Below, piece after piece: positions 38,117 through 46,949 of a stretch of DNA of 64,000 bases. Source of the stretch: Patescibacteria group bacterium (lineage in GTDB: Bacteria; Patescibacteriota; Microgenomatia; UBA10105; UBA927); NCBI GenBank assembly GCA_038062895.1, contig JBBTWJ010000006.1, forward strand, positions 48,862-112,861. Direction: 5' to 3'. Each line of letters starts with the position of its first letter. Position 1 is the stretch's first letter. A program made the position numbers and the translations under genes. The notes beneath the pieces were generated by a model. That model saw only the letters and a program-made list of their open reading frames with translations. It searched no databases and was not told where the DNA came from.

Positions 38117-38787
38117 AAAGAAAACTCCTCTAGTATATTACGGTGATTTTTTGGAATGAACGGATTTAACTTATCCATCAATTCTTTTTGGGTATACTTG
38201 AATTCCTTTTTAATCGTAAATATTCTATTCAATTTTTGATGTATATACCATGCGTCAAACAAATCTCTTGGTTCTCTTCTAACTCTTGTCTTGAGTATGC
38301 CTAATTTATCCTCTAGAATAGACTCAATCGTGTAAACTCTTGCGGAAATCTCAAGATTATTAAATGGACTTCGCAGAAGTCCAACAACAGAGACAAAATC
38401 CCTCACGTTTTTATTAATTTCAACTTTAATACCGATGGGAATTGGTTTAAATCCCGTGTCAAACACAATCTTGGCAAATAGTGTATGGTGTTTATCATAT
38501 ATATCTTTCACCCGTGCTTCAGGAATAAGACCAGGTAATTTCTCTATCGCATTCTTGAACGTTGTGTACGGAATACTTTTAATCAAAGAGAAATCTAAAT
38601 CTTCGGAAAATCGAAAAGAGCCGTAGGCCAGACGCAAAGCCGTCCCCCCTTTAAAAACCAAGTCTCTTTCAAATGAAGATCTAAAGAGTACATCCAGTAT
38701 GTACATCTGATAATGCTCTTTGAGAATATTATCGGTAATCGTGGAATGTTGAGCCGCAAATTTCTCAGCCTGGTCCTGTGTTAACAT
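38113..38787 (-). CDS. AbiEii-family nucleotidyltransferase toxin
   Basis: VFKGGTALRLAYGSFRFSEDLDF and RDLFD motifs; start set at ATG 38787. Confidence 0.9.
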   Translation of the reverse strand: MLTQDQAEKFAAQHSTITDNILKEHYQMYILDVLFRSSFERDLVFKGGTALRLAYGSFRFSEDLDFSLIKSIPYTTFKNAIEKLPGLIPEARVKDIYDKHHTLFAKIVFDTGFKPIPIGIKVEINKNVRDFVSVVGLLRSPFNNLEISARVYTIESILEDKLGILKTRVRREPRDLFDAWYIHQKLNRIFTIKKEFKYTQKELMDKLNPFIPKNHRNILEEFSL

Positions 38788-38835
38788 ACTATACATAAAT
38801 GTACAGTATCTTGACACTGATCACAAGGAGATCTT

Positions 38836-38898
38836 TTACCGGAGATGCGCCTGCTCGTTATAGCAAGCGACGATGAGAGAAAGATAAACATGCTTCAC
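38836..38898 (-). pseudogene. Duplicated 5' end (20 codons) of the GT2 gene at 36794-37525
   Basis: 38839-38898 matches 37466-37525 at 52/60 nt; reads VKHVYLSLIVACYNEQAHLR-stop versus MKRIDLSLIIACYNEQAHLRQ. Confidence 0.85.
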
Positions 38899-38903
38899 GG
38901 TGT

Positions 38904-39647
38904 TTATTTTTGCGCAATCGCCACTAACGTCGGCTTACATTCACGAAGAAGTATCCCCTGGGATAGTGCGATCATACGCCAAAAAGACTCTCCCATAAAT
39001 GCAATCAACGGCATGAGTGTCGTCTTTAGGAGCCGAAGTATCGGATTATCATCGTACGGCGTATAGGAGTTCATTTCAAAAAAACTATTCCTCGTCAACC
39101 CGCAATTGCGGAAAAGTTGGGATAAGGAAACCGTGTTGTACAGAGACTTATGGGTAATATCGGCGAATAATAACGTATTAGCGAAGGGGTGATTAGCGTT
39201 TGGCAATGAAACTAAGAGAGTTCCGTCTTTTTGCAACATGCGCTGGACAGATGTTAGAAGTACTGCTGCGTCGCCGGGTGAATAGTGCTCTAATACATCA
39301 TATAAGACTATCAGACGAAATGTGTCTTTATGTGACTCATAGAAAGATTTTTCCGCCCGCTCATCCACGAGCTGGACATCAAAACCATTTTTTCTACATA
39401 TATCGACGCATTCCTTCGAATAATCCGTGCCTTTGATATTTGTGTATCCGAGTGTTTTGAGAGCCGCTACGTTATGTCCCACCCCTGATCCAATTTCTAA
39501 AATAGCACTATCCTTCTGTTTGGGAAGATATGGAAGGAAATATGATTTCCAGACGTACAAACGCTTGCGGAATACGGCATCTGTGGCCGCGGCGACATAT
39601 TGGTAATGAGTGGATACATATCGGGAATAAAATTTACTTTTTTTCAT
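38904..39647 (-). CDS. Class I SAM-dependent methyltransferase
   Basis: ILEIGSGVG, DVLEH and LPN motifs. Confidence 0.88.
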   Translation of the reverse strand: MKKSKFYSRYVSTHYQYVAAATDAVFRKRLYVWKSYFLPYLPKQKDSAILEIGSGVGHNVAALKTLGYTNIKGTDYSKECVDICRKNGFDVQLVDERAEKSFYESHKDTFRLIVLYDVLEHYSPGDAAVLLTSVQRMLQKDGTLLVSLPNANHPFANTLLFADITHKSLYNTVSLSQLFRNCGLTRNSFFEMNSYTPYDDNPILRLLKTTLMPLIAFMGESFWRMIALSQGILLRECKPTLVAIAQK

Positions 39648-40890
39648 AGGTCTTTACTTCAAAAAGCCGCTTATACGACAAAATAAGCGCTTGTTCTGAA
39701 TAGTTCTTTATGAGTGCTGCATATCCGTTTCTTCCCAACCGTCTTCGTTTTTCAGAATCGGATAAAAGCAACGATAAGGCCTTCTCTACCTCGTGCTCAC
39801 GTGCAAATTGTACCACAATTCCCCCCTTATTCCGTTCGATAAGTTCTTGAGTAGGTCCTAAATTACATCCGATCACCGGCTTCCTCTTGTGCCATGCTTC
39901 TAAATAAACATACCCGAATGTTTCAGATTTTGATGGCATACAAAACACATCACAGCTCGCAAAAATTATTTCTTTCGTAGATTCCTCAACGTAACCGAAG
40001 TCAACCAGATACGGGGTCGTATCAGAACTTTTTAGCACTTCATTCCACTCGGTCGTGTTATGACCTATCGCGACAAGTACAATGCTCTTGTCTTCCTGAT
40101 AAAGGCTCTTCACAGCTGCGAGGGTCGTTAATGCTCCTTTCATAGATCCCTTCAGCCCTGCAAACAGAACAACCTTTCGATGTTCGATTCCGTATCGTCT
40201 CTTAAAAAGGAGTACATCGTGCTCCAACGCATCTGCTGTATGCATAGTACGGGTACGAATATAGAGAGGAATAACCCTCGTTTTTCCTTGGGAAACCGGA
40301 TAGAGCGCTTCAATCTGCTTTTTTTCTGCGTTGGAAATGACATGAATACAATCTGTTTTTTCTAATATACTGCCTAATTCCTTGTTATGGTATGACTCAA
40401 CCTCCGCATGAAAAAATGGAGTCAAAATAACGTATGGTTTTTTCTTCAGACGCTCAATACCATCGAATACCTGTTGATTAATCTCAAGTGGAAATGGAGA
40501 ACAATGCACGACATCAAATTGCTCCTTTTGCAATAACTCAAACAAACCGCCTAGATACGGGCCGCTCGAGACGATGCGCATCTTATTTCTGACCGACATT
40601 GGCAATAGGTAGCCAAAAACCCGTTCAAGGATAAACGCCGCGCTCGTGATCCATTGCTGCGATGGCAAACGCAAAACACGAACGCCGTTAAACGTATCCT
40701 TTGTTGTATTCATCTTTTTCCCAAACAAAGGGTCATACCAATAGCGTGGCGTTGCCCCATCACTTGTGACAACCGTGACATCCTGTCCGGCTGCCGCAAA
40801 ATCCTCAGCAAGGATGCGGACGGCATTATCTGATCCGTAAAGTGGAGCGGGTAAATATATAGGCGTCACGAAAACAATTTTCTTTTTCAT
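39634..40890 (-). CDS. Glycosyltransferase family 4
   Basis: PSKSETFGYVYLEAW motif. Confidence 0.88.
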   Translation of the reverse strand: MKKKIVFVTPIYLPAPLYGSDNAVRILAEDFAAAGQDVTVVTSDGATPRYWYDPLFGKKMNTTKDTFNGVRVLRLPSQQWITSAAFILERVFGYLLPMSVRNKMRIVSSGPYLGGLFELLQKEQFDVVHCSPFPLEINQQVFDGIERLKKKPYVILTPFFHAEVESYHNKELGSILEKTDCIHVISNAEKKQIEALYPVSQGKTRVIPLYIRTRTMHTADALEHDVLLFKRRYGIEHRKVVLFAGLKGSMKGALTTLAAVKSLYQEDKSIVLVAIGHNTTEWNEVLKSSDTTPYLVDFGYVEESTKEIIFASCDVFCMPSKSETFGYVYLEAWHKRKPVIGCNLGPTQELIERNKGGIVVQFAREHEVEKALSLLLSDSEKRRRLGRNGYAALIKNYSEQALILSYKRLFEVKTYEKK

Positions 40891-41828
40891 ATTGTTGCCC
40901 GGAGCACAAAGACATCTCCTTTATTCATTCTATCGATGAGCCATTCAAACGGATAAAAAAGCAGCACCAGCCATTGCGTATGAATGAGATTCGATCGTAT
41001 GCCAAACTTCTCCCGCAGGATGTATTGAATGCTCCCAAGCAATCCTCCCGCCGAACAAAACTCCACATGGCTCACGCTAAATCCTGATCGGACGACGGCC
41101 TGCTGAAGCGTCAGGGGCGAAAATAATACGAGATGACGGGGAGCATCTAGATTATACCAATAGGTCCCGAATATATGAGCCAGGAAACTCTCCACGTTTG
41201 GCGTACCGATGATCAGCTGACCTCCTTTTTTCAACTTTTTTTTGATAAGCCGCAAGCATCGCATAGGATCATCCAAATGCTCAATCACGTGGTAGAGGCG
41301 CACTGCATCAAAATAATTGTCAGGATACGATGAAATATCCTGATAAAACCCAACACGGACATGATCCACTCCCCGCTTTTTTGCAACCCCGACCGCCGCC
41401 TCGTCGATATCCATCCCGAACGTCTCCCATCCAAACTCTTTTAAGAGCATAAGCGTATCCCCCACCCCGCATCCGACGTCTAATATCTTCCCATCGGTTA
41501 TGAGATGGGGAAGCGCCGGGACGTTCGGCAGCAGCATCGCCAAAATTTTACTTACAGGAGTTGGATGATTGCTTGCGCGGACTAAATACGTACGAAGCTT
41601 CGCAAAAAAACTCCCATTCCCTTTTGAGTCGTATGCGTAATATTTTTTTGGAGGGTAATACGGAGCCACTTGAGCCTCTGACAGCATAGGAAATAACGAT
41701 ACGGCAGAACAATTCTGACATTTGACAAACGTAAACGCCCCTGGCAGTTCAAACATCCTGTCTTTCGCACTCAAAAGACGTCGACACGACTTGCCGCCGC
41801 AAAGCGGACACTCAAACAGTGATTTCAT
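40887..41828 (-). CDS. Class I SAM-dependent methyltransferase with N-terminal Zn-finger
   Basis: CPLC...CQNC; LDVGCGVG, HVIEH and PRHL motifs. Confidence 0.88.
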   Translation of the reverse strand: MKSLFECPLCGGKSCRRLLSAKDRMFELPGAFTFVKCQNCSAVSLFPMLSEAQVAPYYPPKKYYAYDSKGNGSFFAKLRTYLVRASNHPTPVSKILAMLLPNVPALPHLITDGKILDVGCGVGDTLMLLKEFGWETFGMDIDEAAVGVAKKRGVDHVRVGFYQDISSYPDNYFDAVRLYHVIEHLDDPMRCLRLIKKKLKKGGQLIIGTPNVESFLAHIFGTYWYNLDAPRHLVLFSPLTLQQAVVRSGFSVSHVEFCSAGGLLGSIQYILREKFGIRSNLIHTQWLVLLFYPFEWLIDRMNKGDVFVLRATI

Positions 41829-42888
41829 ATTGAGAAAGAATTACGTGGCGGTATCTTTTTGCATCCAAGAGTAAGCAAAAGTAATAATATAATCCTGGAT
41901 TATAATAGATAGATCTTCGTATTCCCCTATCGGTAACTTTTCTTATATTCTGTTGTATGTTGTTTCTTTTTTTAAGAGTCGTTTGCAAATTGACCAAATT
42001 CCACCACCATCCTTTCAAAATTGCCGCTACAACACCAAGCCGCAACGACATAAGAAAATAAAACAGGACTCCTATCTGAAAAACGGCAAAAACCGGATAA
42101 ATGGTGGCAAGATACAACGTTCCAAAATTTTTAAGATATGAACAATTCATATTTTTAAACGTGAGATACACTCTGCGCTCGTAGTTATAGGTATCCGTTG
42201 TATCGCCACCAGCCACGTGATAGATGTAAGAATCCGGCTGATAGAGGACTTTATATCCGGCAAGCCATAACCGGTGGCACAAATCGGTTTCCTCAAAGAA
42301 GATAAAAAAATCCTCATCAAATCCTCCTACCTCTTCAAACGCATGCTTGGGAATCAGCATGCACGCGCCTTTAGCGGAAAATACTACTCTCGTGGTCCGG
42401 TACATAGGTAAACGATGAACTTTTCGATATCCGTAGTGATATAAAAATCCGGACATAGTGAGGTACGCGCCAGCCTCATCAAGTAAATCCGGGTGATCCA
42501 TAACGCGCATTTCCGGCTGAACGCAACCGATATGAGGATCCCGCTTGCAAGCCTCAATTATGGGTAGTAAAAATTCTTTCGAAACCTTCGTATCATTATT
42601 GAGAAATAATAGATATTGACCGGCGGCCGTCCTGGCTCCAATATTATTTCCTCCGGCAAATCCGTTATTTTTGTCACTCGCAATTACCTTTACCTTAGGA
42701 AAATTTTTTCTCATATACGATACGGAGCCATCCGAAGAATTATTATCTACAACGATAATCTCAATGAGAGGATTTTTGATCTGAACCAAAGAAGATACAC
42801 ACGTATGGAGAAATTTTTTCCCGTTCCAATTGAGGATAATCACGGAAACCAACGGGGCTCTTGAAATCATATAAGCTTCTTGCTCCAA
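41812..42888 (-). CDS. Glycosyltransferase family 2
   Basis: SVIILNWNG, FLNND and EETDLC motifs; start probably 42870. Confidence 0.9.
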   Translation of the reverse strand: MEQEAYMISRAPLVSVIILNWNGKKFLHTCVSSLVQIKNPLIEIIVVDNNSSDGSVSYMRKNFPKVKVIASDKNNGFAGGNNIGARTAAGQYLLFLNNDTKVSKEFLLPIIEACKRDPHIGCVQPEMRVMDHPDLLDEAGAYLTMSGFLYHYGYRKVHRLPMYRTTRVVFSAKGACMLIPKHAFEEVGGFDEDFFIFFEETDLCHRLWLAGYKVLYQPDSYIYHVAGGDTTDTYNYERRVYLTFKNMNCSYLKNFGTLYLATIYPVFAVFQIGVLFYFLMSLRLGVVAAILKGWWWNLVNLQTTLKKRNNIQQNIRKVTDRGIRRSIYYNPGLYYYFCLLLDAKRYRHVILSQYEITV

Positions 42889-43895
42889 ATGGCAGGAGTA
42901 TCCTCGGTCTCAAGCTCAAGCCCGTCGCTCAAGTATTGAAATTGCTGTGGTCCCATCGTTTTGGCCCACGCGACCATCTTTGCGACACCCTGCGCAAGCG
43001 TCACACTTGTTTTATACCCCAATAGCTTCACCGCCTTGTCATGAGTACAATAGGCCTCCTTAACTTCCTGAGGTCGGAGAGCCAGGTATTTGGGCTTCAA
43101 GTGCTTTGGGACGTTCCCATCAGGAAAAAATGTTTGGATCACAATATCGGACAACTGATTGATCGTATACTCCTCTTTCGGTCCGATATTAATTATCTCT
43201 CCATTGACAGCATCTAAGAAGCCAGTTTTTACAAAATACGGATTAAAGTCATCTATGTAGGTGAATGCCCGTTTTTGCTCGCCATCTCCATAAATATAAA
43301 AATTCTTGTTGCTGAGAAGACAATTGATAAATATCCCGATGACATTCCTATACGGATCCGCTAAATTTTGCTTCGGACCATAGACGTTATGCGGTCGAAC
43401 GATGACATACTCAAATCCATGAACTTTTGATAAAATTTCAGTAGCCTCCTCCATAGCGGTCTTGGCTATGGCATAAACATCTTCAGGAATCCGCCTCATG
43501 CTTTCCGTAAAGGGAGTCTGTTGAGCACCATAGACACTCATAGAACTCGTCAGGACTACTTTCTTTAAACCATGACGGATACTTGGAATAAGTGTATAAA
43601 GATAAGCAAGATAATTACGTTCAGTCGCCGATATGGGGGTAAATTGACTCCTGCCTTCTGTGGCGTCAGCGGCTAAATGGTAGAGAAGTTCCGGTTTGAC
43701 TCCTGCGATATATTTTTCGGTTTTATCTTTATCACGCAGATCCAATACCGTAAATTTTGATTTCGGACTCACATTTCTGGTATACCCTCCCGAAAGGTCA
43801 TCGACGCCATATACCTCGTGACTCCCCATCGCGACAAGCGAGTCCACGAGATGGCTTCCCATGAAACCGGCAGCTCCGGTCACTAGAATTCTCAT
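42867..43895 (-). CDS. NAD-dependent epimerase/dehydratase
   Basis: MRILVTGAAGFMG, YAIAK and NVYGP motifs; TATAAT 6 nt upstream of ATG 43895. Confidence 0.9.
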   Translation of the reverse strand: MRILVTGAAGFMGSHLVDSLVAMGSHEVYGVDDLSGGYTRNVSPKSKFTVLDLRDKDKTEKYIAGVKPELLYHLAADATEGRSQFTPISATERNYLAYLYTLIPSIRHGLKKVVLTSSMSVYGAQQTPFTESMRRIPEDVYAIAKTAMEEATEILSKVHGFEYVIVRPHNVYGPKQNLADPYRNVIGIFINCLLSNKNFYIYGDGEQKRAFTYIDDFNPYFVKTGFLDAVNGEIINIGPKEEYTINQLSDIVIQTFFPDGNVPKHLKPKYLALRPQEVKEAYCTHDKAVKLLGYKTSVTLAQGVAKMVAWAKTMGPQQFQYLSDGLELETEDTPAIWSKKLI

Positions 43896-43902
43896 GGGTT
43901 TA

Positions 43903-46089
43903 TTATACAGGGACTCGCCTTTCTTTGGAAGCGAGGAAGACCAATGCAACTGCCAAAACAGTCAAAAGAGAAACTCCCAAGCCCCATGTCACGTAGTTCT
44001 GCGGCTCAAATTCTACGACGCCTTCATATGTACCGGGGGTAGAAATTAAAAAGCTATTTAATCCTTGCGGTGATCGCTCGGACTTAACCATCGTATTTCC
44101 CACTCTTAACACCCACCCAGGATGGTAACTCTGGGAAAAATAGACGGTAGCCGGAGCATTAACGGTCAAAGAAACCGCGTATTGATCCATACGGATTCGT
44201 CTGTATGTAATCGACTCGTTGGTCGAAACCCAAAAAAGATCTCTATGCCGTGGAGTCTGGTAGATCGTAAGATTGCCGGAACGGATCTTGGTAAGCCATC
44301 CGACCCCATCAAGAACCGTTTCGTATTCCTGCCGCTTCTTCTTATCATATTTTCGATCACTCAAAAATAACTCACCCAGCGAGTCATATGGGATCATGAC
44401 ATACCCTATCCCCAAATCTTCTAAAAGCGCCTTACCCGTGGGCGCCTCCAGTTTCACTTTCAAATCAGCGGCCGTCGTAACGGCAAAGAGTGGCTCGCTC
44501 TCAATCTGCATATGATCAAGTGTCCCATAAGAAAACCGCTGTAGACGGGGCACCCAAAGCGTGCGGGCAAAATTTGTCTGCGCCTGCAAGAAATGCTCAA
44601 GTTCCGCGTATTCCTGCGGCACCGTCTGCGCAACATACGTCCCCCCAAGCTGGCCGAGGACAGCGGGACGGATGGTGAAAAACCAGAAGAAGAGGAAGGT
44701 AGCTAGTAGTATGTAGTTCGTAGTAAGGAGGATACTATTTGTCTTTTTTGCCTTGCTACTTACCACCTGCTGCAAGCTACGGAAAAGTTCGCTTAGTTGC
44801 TTCAGCGTAAACGGAATCAAGATTGAATATGCTAGCGCGATCAACACGTACCATTTCGTGGGATCCCGGAACATCGCAAATCCGGGGACGTGGGTAAACA
44901 TCCATTGATACACGATTCCAAACGGTTCCTGCGCGCCCTTGGCAAGAAATGTGCCCAGTATGGCAAGGAGAGCAAAAAATCCTATCTGTTGTCTGCTCTT
45001 TGCTCTCTGCCCCGCCCATGCGAGCGCTGCAAACGCGAGCACTGGTAGCACGAGAAACTCAGGCTGTAAAAAATATGTCTTTCCAAACACATTCTCCGGC
45101 CAGTTGGGATGGAGAAGCGAGAGAGCGTGGGAAAAATCCGCGAAACTATAAAATTTAATCGAATCTATTGACGTGTATGCCGACCCCAAATCTCCGATCG
45201 GGTTACTTCTCATGGCCACCATCGGGACGACCCAAAACGCATTAAGCAGAGCTGCAATACCTACAGCAAACGCAAAACCAAGAAACGTCCAGAGTAATAC
45301 TTGAAAAAAATGTTCTTTTATATTAACGAAGTAACCCTTCCTCGCCGGCCCGCTTCGCCCGCCTAGCCGCGAGGCTGGCCGAATCGAGGCGAGCAGGCGG
45401 GGAACGAACGAACTAACAACCCACAATGAAACCCCTACCATCGTCACGTACGCAATCCGGGGATCGATCATGAGTTGAAACCCTAATGATAATCCTGTAA
45501 TCAAGGAATATTTGTTATTTGCTATTTGATATTTGTTATTTACACTCTGGTCGCATACTAATGTTAAAAGCTTGATAAAGCTCGCCAGAACAAGAGGAGC
45601 CAGACCGTAGGCAATGGCCACTCCCATCTGCCCGCCCCCCGTCACCATGAGGATGTAGGTATTCGTGGTATAGACGAGCGACGCGACTATCCACCACGGA
45701 AACATATCTCTTAAGTCTTGAGTCTTAAGTCTAAAGTCTTGAATCACAGCTTCCCAGAGCTTTTTGGACCCGTAAACAGATAACGCGATAAACAACCCAA
45801 ACCATCCGACTTTATACACAATATTCCATGGGATGTGCAGCCACTGATTAAAAATGACTACGATAGCAGAGCCAAAAACATGCAATCCGAGGAGGGGCTG
45901 CATACCCCCAATCCCATTCCCTAACCATGATTGCCAAAGTGTAGGGAGAAGAGAGAAACTCCTCAAAAAGTCCTGGGTATAATATGGCCAATCTCCGCCA
46001 ATAATCAACGGGTTTAAAAGCCAATTACGGAATATATACAAAACCGTAATAAACACAACCGATACACAAAAATAATAATATTTTTTCAT
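43903..46089 (-). CDS. Multi-TM GT-C-like membrane protein (YfhO/AftD-like) with many repeat insertions
   Basis: GGDW first loop, PGFAMFRDPTKW, C-terminal FSQSYHPGW domain and terminal TM helix. Confidence 0.7.
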   Translation of the reverse strand: MKKYYYFCVSVVFITVLYIFRNWLLNPLIIGGDWPYYTQDFLRSFSLLPTLWQSWLGNGIGGMQPLLGLHVFGSAIVVIFNQWLHIPWNIVYKVGWFGLFIALSVYGSKKLWEAVIQDFRLKTQDLRDMFPWWIVASLVYTTNTYILMVTGGGQMGVAIAYGLAPLVLASFIKLLTLVCDQSVNNKYQIANNKYSLITGLSLGFQLMIDPRIAYVTMVGVSLWVVSSFVPRLLASIRPASRLGGRSGPARKGYFVNIKEHFFQVLLWTFLGFAFAVGIAALLNAFWVVPMVAMRSNPIGDLGSAYTSIDSIKFYSFADFSHALSLLHPNWPENVFGKTYFLQPEFLVLPVLAFAALAWAGQRAKSRQQIGFFALLAILGTFLAKGAQEPFGIVYQWMFTHVPGFAMFRDPTKWYVLIALAYSILIPFTLKQLSELFRSLQQVVSSKAKKTNSILLTTNYILLATFLFFWFFTIRPAVLGQLGGTYVAQTVPQEYAELEHFLQAQTNFARTLWVPRLQRFSYGTLDHMQIESEPLFAVTTAADLKVKLEAPTGKALLEDLGIGYVMIPYDSLGELFLSDRKYDKKKRQEYETVLDGVGWLTKIRSGNLTIYQTPRHRDLFWVSTNESITYRRIRMDQYAVSLTVNAPATVYFSQSYHPGWVLRVGNTMVKSERSPQGLNSFLISTPGTYEGVVEFEPQNYVTWGLGVSLLTVLAVALVFLASKERRVPV
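45340..45402. repeat. 63-bp GC-rich nested palindromic element, in frame
   Basis: CCTCGCC...TCGCC...CTAGCC-GCGA-GGCTGG...GGCGA...GGCGGGG; encodes PRLLASIRPASRLGGRSGPAR. Confidence 0.7.
45509..45543. repeat. In-frame heptamer repeat (TATTTGN x5)
   Basis: tatttgt tatttgc tatttga tatttgt tatttac; encodes NNKYQIANNKY. Confidence 0.75.
45709..45743. repeat. In-frame heptamer repeat (TCTTAAG x5, imperfect)
   Basis: tcttaag tcttgag tcttaag tctaaag tcttgaa; encodes QDFRLKTQDLR. Confidence 0.75.
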
Positions 46090-46931
46090 TTCACAAGCTT
46101 AATACACGCTACAGCGCGGGATGCAGCGCAGTATGATTTTTCAATATGTTTCTGGGAATATCTCACGTGCGAACATTCCTTTTCTGTGGAAAGCTGCCAT
46201 CCGCTTTCATTATATTGATAATAACTTATATCAAATGATGAGGGATCAAACGCCTTAATGAGCTCTCGCACCATAGCTGTATCGAAAACCTGATACCAAT
46301 CATGATCTTCATATGCACCAAATGGAATCGTGATAAGGCAAATACCCTTTTTTATCAAAATTCTTTTGAATTCTTTCACAACCAATAGATAATCTTTTTT
46401 ATTCTTTTGCTTATAACCACCATCAGGTATGTAGATACTGTTGTCCATTCCAACATGCTCTAATACTGACACGCAGGAAATTGAATCAAAAAATCCGTCC
46501 GTAAATATTTTCTTCCTCAAATCTCCGAAAATATACGAAATATATTTATCTACATAACAATTTTTTTCTGGATTTAGATTAACAATAAATATTTTTAGGT
46601 TTCTTAGCTGATGACTCAAAAGTATGGTTCGAAAATTGAACGAAGCACCCGCATCTAAATGATTACCCTTACTTGGAAGATGGGAAATTGCCCAAGGTAT
46701 CTCAACAATTCTTTCGCTCAATCCTACTCCTAATTTAGGAGGTAACGATTTTTTGTATCTAAATAAATTTAGATCAAATGTAATCAATCTTTCCATCTCC
46801 ACAAATAAATGAGATACAAAAATAATTTCTCCAATCACAAAGGGAACCTTATTCCACCAAGGAAAAAATATATTGATAAAATCTCTTAGATAAATATAAA
46901 TAAATTCTTTGACTCCGTGGGTTACGCTCAT
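46086..46931 (-). CDS. SAM-dependent methyltransferase-like protein (AT-rich)
   Basis: ERIVEIPW, LDAGA, CVSVLEHVG and ITIPFG motifs. Confidence 0.75.
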   Translation of the reverse strand: MSVTHGVKEFIYIYLRDFINIFFPWWNKVPFVIGEIIFVSHLFVEMERLITFDLNLFRYKKSLPPKLGVGLSERIVEIPWAISHLPSKGNHLDAGASFNFRTILLSHQLRNLKIFIVNLNPEKNCYVDKYISYIFGDLRKKIFTDGFFDSISCVSVLEHVGMDNSIYIPDGGYKQKNKKDYLLVVKEFKRILIKKGICLITIPFGAYEDHDWYQVFDTAMVRELIKAFDPSSFDISYYQYNESGWQLSTEKECSHVRYSQKHIEKSYCAASRAVACIKLVK

Positions 46932-46949
46932 ACGTCCTATATTGACAGT

